Positions 46,384 to 55,682 of a stretch of DNA of 64,000 bases are shown piece after piece. A program made the translations under genes and the position numbers. The notes beneath the pieces were generated by a model. The model worked only from the letters and a program-made list of their open reading frames with translations. It did no database searches and was not told the DNA's origin. The stretch covers positions 1 through 64,000 of the forward strand of contig CAWCLO010000005.1 of the NCBI GenBank assembly GCA_963796455.1. Direction: 5' to 3'. Position 1 is the stretch's first letter, and each line of letters begins with the position of its first letter. This stretch comes from Candidatus Sulfomarinibacteraceae bacterium (GTDB taxonomy: Bacteria; Acidobacteriota; Thermoanaerobaculia; Thermoanaerobaculales; Sulfomarinibacteraceae).

Positions 46384-48840
46384 TTACGGATTCTGATCGC
46401 GTTCGACGGCCTCGACATCGGAGACGGTGATGGTACGGCGGCCCTCTTCGTGGAGGCGGTTGACGAGGCTGATACACAGCCTCTGAACACGGTAGGGTTT
46501 GTTGTCGGTGAGCTCGACGATTCGATCCGCGACGCCCTCTTCGATCTTGAAGACGCCGAGGATCGGTCGGGTGATCAAGGCCTCCGTATCCTCCGGGCCG
46601 ATTGAGGTGATCTCGATCTCCTCGAAGAAGTTGTACCAGGGGCTGCCCTCTTTGTCCCACTGCTTCCGGATCTCGACCCCCGATACGACAGCCACCAGGT
46701 TTTCGGCGAAGCTCTTCATGAAGAGGCTTCGAAGCCGTTGGTTGATCCTCGGGTCATAGGCGTTCAGTTCATCGACTTCGTCGATGAGCAGTACGATCTT
46801 GACGTGTTTTGATGTTTGCTTTTTGAGCTGCTGCATGACCCGACGAAGATCTCGAACCAATTCGCGATAACCGTAGGCTGAGCCATCCTTGAGATCGGCC
46901 GGCGGTTTGACTTCGCCAAGCAGGGGGGCCAGTTCGTGAAACACATCCTCTGCGAGAGTTGCAAAAAAATGATCCTCGGGCGTGCCCTGAAGATCGATAT
47001 AGACGGGGAAGAACTCGTACTGCGGGTCCTCGAGTTGCTGCAACCTCTTTCTCAAGTGATGCTGCAGTGAAGTTTTGCCGATTCGGCGCTCTCCGTAGAG
47101 GAGCAGGCTGTTGTTGTGAACGGTCTGTAGAATCCTCTCGACGAGCTGTTCGCGGCCAAAAAACATCTGGTTGTCGAGCACCGGAGCCCCGGCGATATAG
47201 GGGTTGAAACGTCTCTTCAAGAGCCGGCGGCGTCGCGTCGCGCGCCGGGCCCAGACAATGGCCAGGACCGCGATCGGGGTGACGGCGACGAAAAGCTGGA
47301 ACCAGCCCGAACGATAGAAGGGAGCCGCGTATAAAACCGTGTACTCGGCGCTCGACGACAGACCTGCGCTGTCGGTTGCGAGCAGCTGATAGGTCGTCGG
47401 CCCGTCTTCGAGCTCGTCCGCGATGGAAAACTCGGTGATATAGATCTCGCCGACCGGCTGGCTCGAACTCGTGCCCTCGATCTCTTCGCCGGTCGACTTC
47501 TGGAAGCGCACCTCGACCGGCGAGTTGTCGATCACGACGCCGCTCAGGAAGAACCCGGGACGCGAAACCATCTGGACCCGCGAGCCGTCCTCACCGTCGA
47601 CCCTCGAATCGGCAAACCTGACGGCCGGTGGGATGTTCTCGACCGTCCGTGAACCGAGGAGGCGGCGGCTGATTGCTCCGTAAGACTGGCGAATCTGCTC
47701 GAGCGCCGCGGCGTTGCCCGGGTCGAGGGCGAGGGCGCGGTTGGCGCCCGATATGGCCCCTTCGAAGCGACCGTTCGTGAAATCTCTTTGCGCCTGGTCC
47801 AGCACGTCGGCGAGCGATGTCCGAGCCAGCGACGCCCGCTGATCGTTGAGTGCGCGTTGCTGCAGGGCCAGGGCCTCGCGGTTTTCGGGGTCGGCCGCGA
47901 GCACCGGTTGCAGGCGATCGAGGGCCTCCTCGTATTGTCCTGCCCGTTGCAACTCGCCGGCCTGGGCAAGGCCGCGGGCAACGGCTTCCCTCTGTGCTTC
48001 GGCGTCCTGGTCGGCCTGGATCTCCGCCAGCAATCCGGCCCTCGCCCGTGCCAGAAGTTGCCCGGATTCGTCGCTCGGCCGGAGCGATTGTGCCTGCTGG
48101 AATACGCTTGCGGCCTCGCTGAAATCTCCTTCTTGGAGGTGCTTCCGACCGGTTGCAACCAAGGCCTCTGCTCGGATTCGATCGGATTCGGTCTGTTCTC
48201 TCCGAACGACCTCCGTCCTCAAGTCTTCCATTTTGGAGACGGCTTCGGCATTTTCCGGATCCACCGCGAGACCGGCCCCGAGGGCCTCCATGGCAGCTTT
48301 GAGGCGGCCCTGTCTTTCGAGGATCTCGGCCTCGCGGAGGCTCGAGCGGACAATCTCCGTTATTCGTTCGCCTTCGGCCGCAGCCGCGCCTTCGCGGGCT
48401 TCGATCGCCAGTCTCCGATAGCGCTCGAGGTCGGCCATGGCCTCTTCAGAGGCCTGGACCGCACCCAGTTGTTCCTCGGTCTGGAATGCCTGCAGGGCGG
48501 CGTCGAGCTGACCGAGGTTGTAATAGGCGATGCCGAGCTTGAGGTATGGAAAATAGGCGACGACCTTCATTCCATAGGACCGAACCCGAGCTCCGGAATC
48601 ACCCTTGCGCTCCAAAGCTTGTTGCAACTCGCTGACTGCCACGGTCCACTCGCCGCGTTTGAGAGCGGTTTCGGCACGCGCGTAGTGTTCGTACCAATAG
48701 TCGGCCCAGGCAGGCGGGACGGCGGCCGTCAGCACACAGGCGAGGAGAATGCAGACGATGCCCGGTCGGACCGAAATGGAGGATCGCCAGATCGGATCTG
48801 CGCTGGCGGCCCGGCGGCGATGATGAGCTGTGGTCTTCAA
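46384..48840 (-). CDS. Exported TPR + Ig-like domain, single TM, cytoplasmic STAND-like ATPase (subtype B)
   Basis: TTG start after GGAG; signal peptide ending PAWA; TPR helices (ALALDPGNAAA); beta-rich domain; TM WFQLFVAVTPIAVLAIVW + RRATRRRR; FNPYIAGAPV..FFGRE, GERRIGKTS, LLIDEVD. Confidence 0.85.
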   Translation of the reverse strand: MKTTAHHRRRAASADPIWRSSISVRPGIVCILLACVLTAAVPPAWADYWYEHYARAETALKRGEWTVAVSELQQALERKGDSGARVRSYGMKVVAYFPYLKLGIAYYNLGQLDAALQAFQTEEQLGAVQASEEAMADLERYRRLAIEAREGAAAAEGERITEIVRSSLREAEILERQGRLKAAMEALGAGLAVDPENAEAVSKMEDLRTEVVRREQTESDRIRAEALVATGRKHLQEGDFSEAASVFQQAQSLRPSDESGQLLARARAGLLAEIQADQDAEAQREAVARGLAQAGELQRAGQYEEALDRLQPVLAADPENREALALQQRALNDQRASLARTSLADVLDQAQRDFTNGRFEGAISGANRALALDPGNAAALEQIRQSYGAISRRLLGSRTVENIPPAVRFADSRVDGEDGSRVQMVSRPGFFLSGVVIDNSPVEVRFQKSTGEEIEGTSSSQPVGEIYITEFSIADELEDGPTTYQLLATDSAGLSSSAEYTVLYAAPFYRSGWFQLFVAVTPIAVLAIVWARRATRRRRLLKRRFNPYIAGAPVLDNQMFFGREQLVERILQTVHNNSLLLYGERRIGKTSLQHHLRKRLQQLEDPQYEFFPVYIDLQGTPEDHFFATLAEDVFHELAPLLGEVKPPADLKDGSAYGYRELVRDLRRVMQQLKKQTSKHVKIVLLIDEVDELNAYDPRINQRLRSLFMKSFAENLVAVVSGVEIRKQWDKEGSPWYNFFEEIEITSIGPEDTEALITRPILGVFKIEEGVADRIVELTDNKPYRVQRLCISLVNRLHEEGRRTITVSDVEAVERDQNP

Positions 48841-48913
48841 CGGTGCTCCACGCCGAGTGTAACCCGGGACCGGGCCGAGGAAGCGGGCTTGTGAGTCGAG
48901 TAGGATGGTCTCC

Positions 48914-49627
48914 ATGACGAGTGAGAAGAGAATTCTGGACATCGACGGGGTGGAACTCGAACTGCGGTTGGTCCGGAAACGAGTCAAAAACGTCAATGCG
49001 CGGCTCTGCGGCGGCACGCTTTCGGTGAGTGCCCCATTCAGGATGTCGCGTCGCGAGCTCGACGAAACCATTGTTGATCTTGCCAGGTCTCTTCTGAGGC
49101 GGACGCGGGCCCTGCAGGTCAATGCCGACGGAAGGGCGGAAAAAGTCGCCCGCAAGATCGCGGCCCGGTTTGAATCACCACCAGCGGTCAACGAGGTGCT
49201 TTTTGTCACCAATCAGCGATCGCGTTGGGGAAGCTACAGTCCGCAGAAGGGTGTCGTTCGACTCAATGCCGCCCTCAAGCTCATGCCGCCGTGGGTGCTC
49301 GAGGCGGTTGTCGCACACGAGTTGGCGCACGCGTTTCACCTCGACCATTCCCCCGAGTTCTGGGAGCTGACGCGCTCCGTTTGCCGCCACACCGATCGGG
49401 CACGTGCATTTTTGGAAGGTGTGACCTGGCTCGCCTCATCCTGGGAGACCTTGCCGCCGGTCGAGAGGTCGCAGCTGGTAGGGGAGGAGCCGGTCCGTCC
49501 CGAAAGTGGCGATCTCCGGCGAAAGGGGGAAGGGGAGAAAGGGGGAAAGGGAGAGCCGTCACGAGTCCGTGGAAACAAAAATGAACAGCCCCCGGTTTTC
49601 TCTGCTCCCCGATTGCCCTTCGATTGA
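48914..49627 (+). CDS. YgjP/DUF45 (M48-like) zinc metallohydrolase
   Basis: RKRVKN.N.R, RWGSYS, VVAHELAH...HSPEFW. Confidence 0.85.
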   Translation: MTSEKRILDIDGVELELRLVRKRVKNVNARLCGGTLSVSAPFRMSRRELDETIVDLARSLLRRTRALQVNADGRAEKVARKIAARFESPPAVNEVLFVTNQRSRWGSYSPQKGVVRLNAALKLMPPWVLEAVVAHELAHAFHLDHSPEFWELTRSVCRHTDRARAFLEGVTWLASSWETLPPVERSQLVGEEPVRPESGDLRRKGEGEKGGKGEPSRVRGNKNEQPPVFSAPRLPFD

Positions 49628-49629
49628 AC

Positions 49630-50758
49630 CCAGGTGACCCAGACCGAGGGACGTCGCAAACACGAAGACACAAAGACACAAAGCAGCCACACCAAGAAAA
49701 CCACAGAGGCACGGAGACACAGAGAGAGAGAGAACGCCCGCAGATCACGCAGATAGACGCAGATTGATCATCGCTATCGCTATCGCTATCGCTATCGACG
49801 GGAGACGAATCGGATATGCCCACAGATCACCCAGATGGCCCAGATCGATGGACGTCGCAACCACGAAGACACAAAGACACGAAGAACATCACAAAGCCGG
49901 GCCATCGGTTTTGCCCACAGAGCACACAGAAAAACACAGAAGCCATCGCAAAGGCATGACCGGAGTGCAGCCGGGACGGCTGCACCACAATTGTGGTGCA
50001 CGCGTCTCGCGTGCACATGGTTGAACCGCAAAGAACGCAAAGAACGCAAAGAACGCAAAGTCGCAGAGACGCCAAGGCCTGGTTGGCGAGCTTTTGCGAC
50101 GTAGCCATCAGTGTCGGCAGATCGACCGACGATCTCCGATCGTCAGTCGCCGGTGAGAAGCGGGGCGCCTCCGATCACCAGTGCTCGGAGCCACCCCGCT
50201 CCCCACCGGCCGGCACGCCTACGGCATGCCGGATCTGCCTTGCATCGGTGACATCCTCACTTGATTGAAGAAAAGGAGAGGCAGGAGGCGAGCCCTGCGC
50301 GGTCGCGCAGGCAGCTGGGTCAGGAAACCGCGACGAAAGCTGGTTTTCGGGGCGGTTTCCTGGCCCAGCTGTACCTGGCCGCCATTGGCGGCCGGGACCT
50401 CGCCGGACTGGGGGTTCTTTCGGGAAGTCCTCTGCGTCTCCGCGCCTCTGCGACTCTGCGTTTAAAAACCGAGAGGCCGCCGCTGCTCGTTTGCAGAGGT
50501 GGTCGATGTCCATTCAATCAATCTGTCCATTGCGACTCTGCGTTCAATACACTCTTGGCAATATCGTCCAGCAGTTCGGCTGCCGTTGCGTCTCCGCGCC
50601 TTTGCGCCTTTGCGTTGAAAAACCCCGACGCTGACGCCGTTCGATTGCGGAGATGGCTGATGCCTCTGCAATCAGGCTGTCATCTGCGTCTATCTGCGTG
50701 ATCTGCGGGCATATTGCGCTGCTTCGCGACGTCTTTGTGTCTTCGTGTTTGCGACGTC
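49630..50758. repeat. Composite palindromic repeat element, copy 2
   Basis: Same modules and core as 33724-34692; core stem at 50312-50371. Confidence 0.88.
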
Positions 50759-50849
50759 GATGGGATTCGGCGTCAAGTAGAAGATCGAGCTTGCCACGGC
50801 CTAGCCAGAGGCGAAGCCGAGTGTCTCTGTACTTCGTCCCGGCTGGGAG

Positions 50850-52310
50850 TCAACCGGCGTCGATCTCCGGCAGCTTGTTCATCCCGGCTTCGCGAGCCGC
50901 GGCCGACATCACGTCGAGCAGGTCTCCCCTGACATCGTCACCGAGACGGCTCGGGGTGAAGTCGGCGATCAAACGGTCGACTTCAGATGCGACCCGTTGA
51001 TCAAAATCCGGTGAGCCTTCCTCCAACCAGCGCGCCCGGCTGGTCCGGTCGATGGTGGGGCCGGGGAAGGAGATCTCCTGCCGCAGGTGGCGCCGGGTGT
51101 GGTCGGCGATCAGTAGATGTTTTTCGGCCAACAGTTCTTCGAAGAGTGGTCGCGAGGGGAAGTCTTCCCGCGGCTCGATGCCGGCTCCCAGACGACGGGT
51201 CATGCCACAGATCTCGTTGTCCAACACCAGCTTTTCGAGACTCTGGCAACTCTCGAAGTCGAGCATGCCGGGACCGGAGACGTTGTCGATGCCGCTGAGT
51301 ACCGCCATCACCGCTCCCATGGAGGTCTCGAGACCTGCCTGGGCGTCGAGGGCCTTGGAATCCGAAAGCGCGATATAGCCCTGGGTCGGAAGCTCGAGGT
51401 GGCGTCCGATTTCGGCCGCGGCGCAGGTCAGCATGGTGGTTTCCATGGCACCCATGGGAGTGGTCTCATAGCGAAGGTCGAAAATCGCCGGTGAACCACC
51501 AAAAAGGATCGGTGTGCCGGGTTGAACAAGCTGGGAGATGACGATGCCGGAAAGAACCTCGGCGGTGTGTTGCACCAGCGTTCCAACGAGGGTGACCGGC
51601 GCCATGAAACCGGTCAGCGGCACTGGGATGATTTCAACCGGAATTCGGAGTCTGGCGCAGTCCATCAGATTGACCGAACCCTCCTGCGTCCAACGCAGGG
51701 GCGAGGTCGGGCAACAGGTCAAGATCGCGAGGGGACGGTCGGCAAGCTTTTGTTGGGAAGCGCGAACGGCCAGCAGCAGATCCCTGATAACGGAAAAGCC
51801 CTCTTCGGTGAAGGCCCCGGTAACGACCGGCTTTTCGCAGTGGAGCAGATTGAGGTAGAGACGATAGCTGTCGGAGATTGCCTCCGGGACATCCGAGGAC
51901 ACGAGCGCGGTGCTCTGCGCGTTCATGTTTTCCAGACCACTGACGACCTTTGCGAGACGGACCAGATCATCGGTCACGGCAGATCGGATTTCGCCGCTTG
52001 TGCGGTCGAGGATATTGATCGCCGCCGAACCCGGTGTGAAGTGGGTCGTGGTGCCGTCAAAGCGGTGGGTCTCGTTGTCGAAGACGTCATAGAGAGAGAA
52101 TGAACGGGGAGTGCTTGCCAGGGCCGATTCAACCATATCGGCCGGGATCAAGACCCGGCCGTCGTCCCGGACCGCGGCCCCGGAATCGGTCAGCAGCTCT
52201 TGGGTCCCGGGGTCTCCGATATCGATGCCGACCTCATCGAGGATCGTCTTCGCCTCTTGCACGATGCGTACCCGGAGGTCGTCTTCAAGCATCCGAAAAG
52301 TAGGTTTCAC
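50850..52310 (-). CDS. Non-pyrrolysine MttB-superfamily (trimethylamine/quaternary amine) methyltransferase
   Basis: ILDEVGI, SPLR, PVTLVGTLVQHTAEVLSG...Q...PGTP, DSKALDAQAGLE, GMLD.....SLEKLVLDNEI. GTG start after GGAGG. Confidence 0.88.
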   Translation of the reverse strand: MKPTFRMLEDDLRVRIVQEAKTILDEVGIDIGDPGTQELLTDSGAAVRDDGRVLIPADMVESALASTPRSFSLYDVFDNETHRFDGTTTHFTPGSAAINILDRTSGEIRSAVTDDLVRLAKVVSGLENMNAQSTALVSSDVPEAISDSYRLYLNLLHCEKPVVTGAFTEEGFSVIRDLLLAVRASQQKLADRPLAILTCCPTSPLRWTQEGSVNLMDCARLRIPVEIIPVPLTGFMAPVTLVGTLVQHTAEVLSGIVISQLVQPGTPILFGGSPAIFDLRYETTPMGAMETTMLTCAAAEIGRHLELPTQGYIALSDSKALDAQAGLETSMGAVMAVLSGIDNVSGPGMLDFESCQSLEKLVLDNEICGMTRRLGAGIEPREDFPSRPLFEELLAEKHLLIADHTRRHLRQEISFPGPTIDRTSRARWLEEGSPDFDQRVASEVDRLIADFTPSRLGDDVRGDLLDVMSAAAREAGMNKLPEIDAG

Positions 52311-52342
52311 CGGAACCTCCTCATTTCTCGACGGAGTCGATT

Positions 52343-53275
52343 TCAACGAGCTTCGACGCACTCTCGTACGGTGACCGCTGCGGCAAGGGCGGCCGCACCT
52401 GTTCGGCCGTCGACATAGGCGGTTTTCTCGCCGCGGCAGGCGCCGATAAAGGCTTCGAGCTCGGCTTTGAGAGGCTCGTCCTTTTCGACTTCCACCACCC
52501 TTGGTGCGATGGTCGCGCCTTCGGATCCCTTGATGAGCTGAACCGAGGCAACACTTTGCTCCGCATAGTCGATGGAGAAATACGAGTCCTGGGCGAAGAG
52601 ACGAAGCTTTCGGATCCGTTCTGCAGAGACCCGGCTCGCGGTGAGGTTGGCCACCAGACCGCTTGGAAACTCAACCCAGGCGTGGCAGAGATCGACCTTG
52701 TCCGTGAGTACCGGCACACCCACCGCGCGAATCTCGGAGGGTTCCTCTCCAGCCACCGCGAGGGTGATCTGTAGATCGTGGATCATGAGATCGAGAATGA
52801 CGTCGACATCGATCGAGCGTGCGGTAAAGGGCGACAAACGCTGGCTCTCGAGATAACGCACGTCCTCTGCCAGACCGAGAGCCGCCTGAACCGCGGGGTT
52901 GTGGTATTCCACATGCCCGACGGCCAGGATCCGATCCGCCTCATCGGCCAGCGTGATCAACTCTGTGGCTTGCTCGACAGTTGTCGTGATCGGTTTTTCC
53001 ACCATGACGTTGCAACCCGCCTGCAGCATCTGAACCGCAACGTCGCGGTGTGCCACCGTCGGGGTGGCGATCACCACGGCATCAGCGGCTGATGCGGCTT
53101 CCATCGACGAGAGGGCCGGCACCTTATGTTCGCCGGTGATTTCGGCGAGACGCGCTGGATCGGTGTCGTAGGCGCCGAGAAAATCGACTCCCTCCATGGC
53201 GGCGAGAATTCGAACATGGTGGCGGCCGAGGTGCCCGCATCCGACGACAGCAGCGGAGATATTCGTGTTTGTCAT
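52343..53275 (-). CDS. Gfo/Idh/MocA-family oxidoreductase
   Basis: VVGCGHLG, VEKPI, VGHVE.HNP, DLMIHD, TASRVS. Confidence 0.92.
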   Translation of the reverse strand: MTNTNISAAVVGCGHLGRHHVRILAAMEGVDFLGAYDTDPARLAEITGEHKVPALSSMEAASAADAVVIATPTVAHRDVAVQMLQAGCNVMVEKPITTTVEQATELITLADEADRILAVGHVEYHNPAVQAALGLAEDVRYLESQRLSPFTARSIDVDVILDLMIHDLQITLAVAGEEPSEIRAVGVPVLTDKVDLCHAWVEFPSGLVANLTASRVSAERIRKLRLFAQDSYFSIDYAEQSVASVQLIKGSEGATIAPRVVEVEKDEPLKAELEAFIGACRGEKTAYVDGRTGAAALAAAVTVRECVEAR

Positions 53276-53358
53276 GAAGCGCAGGATAATACCGCGGCGT
53301 CGGGAGTACAATTCTCGCACGGTCCGGAATCAGGGAAACCGTGGAAAGGCAGCGCCAA

Positions 53359-54438
53359 ATGTTCGATGTGAAAAAACTTCTGATCGATGTCTTCGACCCG
53401 CAACCGGGTGAAGTTGTGACCTTTGCAGTCGACCTTCCGCACGGCGAAATTTCCGATCATGAAAGTTGGTCGGCTCGAAGGGCAATGGCCGAACGATGGC
53501 GTGCGGCGATGGCCGAAATCGGTGCCGAAAGAGAATTCAGCGTGCAGCCGATGCTTTCCTTTGAAGCCACCGGCGGCAACAACGCAGATCTTCCATCGAG
53601 GGCCCGCCGTGACGGCGAAGAGATCGATCTTCTCGAGGCACTCGAAGCATCGACGCTGGTGGTGGCGATGACCCAGTTTTCAGCCACGGCGCCGCTTGCC
53701 AATCTGGCTGAAGAAAACGATGATTTCCGTGCCGCGTCGATGCCGGGTGTCGAGGAGCGCATGGAGGGCACCGCGCTCGCTGCTGATTACTCGGTGGTGG
53801 CGGCCCACTGCAAGGCGATCTTCGACGCGATGCAGGGCGCGGAATTGTGCGACGTTCGTTTCTCGACCGGACACCGCTGCTTCTTCGATCTCCGCCACCG
53901 CACGCCGGAGATGGATGACGGGTTTCTGCCGCGCGGCAAGGACGGCGACCGCATCATCAACCTGCCCTCGGGAGAGACCTTCATCGTGCCCTATGAGGGT
54001 GAGTTCGAGGCGGTTCCGTCGTGGACCGCGGGCACCATCCCGGTGATGGAGGAGTCGGAGCTCGTGCTCTTTCACGTGGTTGCAAACTCGGTGGTGGTGA
54101 TTGAAGGTGAAGGCCCGGTGGCGGACAGATATGCTGCCCTTTTCGACGCCGATCCGGCGCGGGCCAACATCGCCGAGGTCGCATTCGGGGTCAACGACCA
54201 CGCCGAAGTCACGGGAATCGTCCTCGAGGACGAGAAGGCGGGATTCCATTGGGCCTTCGGACGTTCCGACCATCTCGGCGGCGTGGTGGGTGTGGAGGAC
54301 TTCGACGAGCCTGAGAACGTGATCCACCAGGACATCGTCTATGCGAAGGGCAACCCGATCCAGGCGGAACGCGTCGTGCTCATCCACCCGGACGGCCGGC
54401 AGGTGGTTGTCATCGACGAGGCGGAATATAAAATCTAG
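53359..54438 (+). CDS. M29-like (thermophilic metalloprotease/aminopeptidase) family protein
   Basis: NLPSGETF, NIAEVAFGVN, LEDEKAG.HWAFG, HQD. Confidence 0.7.
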   Translation: MFDVKKLLIDVFDPQPGEVVTFAVDLPHGEISDHESWSARRAMAERWRAAMAEIGAEREFSVQPMLSFEATGGNNADLPSRARRDGEEIDLLEALEASTLVVAMTQFSATAPLANLAEENDDFRAASMPGVEERMEGTALAADYSVVAAHCKAIFDAMQGAELCDVRFSTGHRCFFDLRHRTPEMDDGFLPRGKDGDRIINLPSGETFIVPYEGEFEAVPSWTAGTIPVMEESELVLFHVVANSVVVIEGEGPVADRYAALFDADPARANIAEVAFGVNDHAEVTGIVLEDEKAGFHWAFGRSDHLGGVVGVEDFDEPENVIHQDIVYAKGNPIQAERVVLIHPDGRQVVVIDEAEYKI

Positions 54439-54493
54439 AGTTCGGAGTTCGGAGTTCGGAGTTCGGAGTTCGGAGTTCGGATTTTGGATTTTG
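54438..54493. repeat. Heptamer microsatellite (GGAGTTC)n/GGATTTT
   Basis: Direct reading. Confidence 0.9.
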
Positions 54494-54551
54494 GGGGCGA
54501 CTGTGTCGGGCAGTGAGCGGTTGCGGTATTCTGTGCGTTCGGTGAGGAGGA

Positions 54552-55097
54552 ATGATGACTGAAGAAATCACCCTGAGTGAAGCGATTGATCAGCGTGGGC
54601 CATATGCGGTCTGGGAACTGATGAGTGACGAAGACAAAAAGACCGCGGCGATCGCCTTCTGGCAGGGGGCGGATCGTGAGAGTCGAGCCGCGCTCGAGAT
54701 GGCGCTCGCCCAGGATCTCAAGTTTCGCCCGCAGTCGGTGCGCCAGCTGTCGGCCGAGAGGGTTTCCGGGCGTCTGGTCAGGATGGCCGACACGCTGCCC
54801 GATACCGTTCTGTTTCAGTACCTCTTCCATCTCCACATGGATGAACGGCGGCCGCTGATGGTCGAGTTCCTCGATGCAGTGGGTCTGCCGCACGACGACG
54901 GCGCCCTCGATCTGCCGGACGATTTTGATGGGCCCGATGCCGACAAGGTAACAGCATCCGCCCGCGATCTGGCTGCGTCCAAGGGAACCGAAGCGCTGGT
55001 CTATCTCGGGACGCTCTTGGTCGCCGACGGAGAGTTCTGGGAAGGCCTGGAGCCGGTGTTGGCTGAGTATGGGAGCGACGGCAAAGCGATCGCATAG
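54552..55097 (+). CDS. Hypothetical protein
   Basis: GAGGAGG RBS; coherent 181-aa ORF (KFRPQSV, HL...R.LM..FLDA.G.PHDDG). Confidence 0.75.
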   Translation: MMTEEITLSEAIDQRGPYAVWELMSDEDKKTAAIAFWQGADRESRAALEMALAQDLKFRPQSVRQLSAERVSGRLVRMADTLPDTVLFQYLFHLHMDERRPLMVEFLDAVGLPHDDGALDLPDDFDGPDADKVTASARDLAASKGTEALVYLGTLLVADGEFWEGLEPVLAEYGSDGKAIA

Positions 55098-55098
55098 T

Positions 55099-55205
55099 GT
55101 TGAGTTTTAAGTTTTAAGTTTTGAGTTTCCGCCCAATATCCCGGAAAACTCGAGCGGACGAGAAAAGGCGCCAACTCAAAACTCATAATTCAAAACTCAA
55201 ACCTC
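55099..55205. repeat. Inverted heptamer tracts (GTTTTAA/GTTTTGA ... TCAAAAC) between convergent genes
   Basis: ttgagttttaagttttaagttttgagtt vs aactcaaaactcataattcaaaactcaa. Confidence 0.8.
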
Positions 55206-55614
55206 ATTCGCGGTAGGTCGCCGAGTTTCTTTCGGTCTCGTGGACGGTGATCGACTTCAGTTCGACGCCATCCGGGAGTTCGGGTGCAACTCGCTTGAAG
55301 AAAACACGGGCGAGGTTCTCTGCCGATGGGATGACGTTTGCGAGCCACTCCACTTCGATGTTCAGGTGGCGGTGGTCGACATGATCGAGGACTGTGCGAT
55401 CGATGACCTTTTTGAGGTCTTTCATGTCGATGAGATAACCGGAATCCGGGTCGACCTCGCCGCTGACTGTAGCTTCGATCACATAGTTATGGCCGTGACC
55501 GTGGGGGTTGTTGCATTTGCCGAAGACGCGGCGGTTCCACTCATCCGATTGGTCGGGGTTGTGGAGACGATGCGCCGCCTCGAAATAGACTTTGACCGTG
55601 ACTGAAATTGCCAT
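55204..55614 (-). CDS. queD: 6-carboxytetrahydropterin synthase / PTPS family
   Basis: FEAAHRL, FGKCNNPHGHGHNY, DHRHLN, PSAEN, ETERN. Confidence 0.85.
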   Translation of the reverse strand: MAISVTVKVYFEAAHRLHNPDQSDEWNRRVFGKCNNPHGHGHNYVIEATVSGEVDPDSGYLIDMKDLKKVIDRTVLDHVDHRHLNIEVEWLANVIPSAENLARVFFKRVAPELPDGVELKSITVHETERNSATYRE

Positions 55615-55682
55615 TGTTCTCCCTTCAGCTTAGCGCATGAAGGCGCCGGGATATTCCGACTTGACCCGTCGCCGACACGATT

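Noticed and set aside
39232..48840. Calling the ATPase cluster an anti-phage (Avs-like) defence system
   Set aside because: No nuclease, TIR, SIR2 or similar effector is visible. The sensor is exported and the outputs are a kinase and a transcription factor, so signalling is preferred; defence is not formally excluded.
48841..49212. N-terminal extension of the TPR-ATPase ORF
   Set aside because: Antisense to the YgjP-like gene; an RBS, TTG and signal peptide define the start at 48840.
50850..52310. Pyrrolysine-containing MttB
   Set aside because: No internal TAG in the frame.
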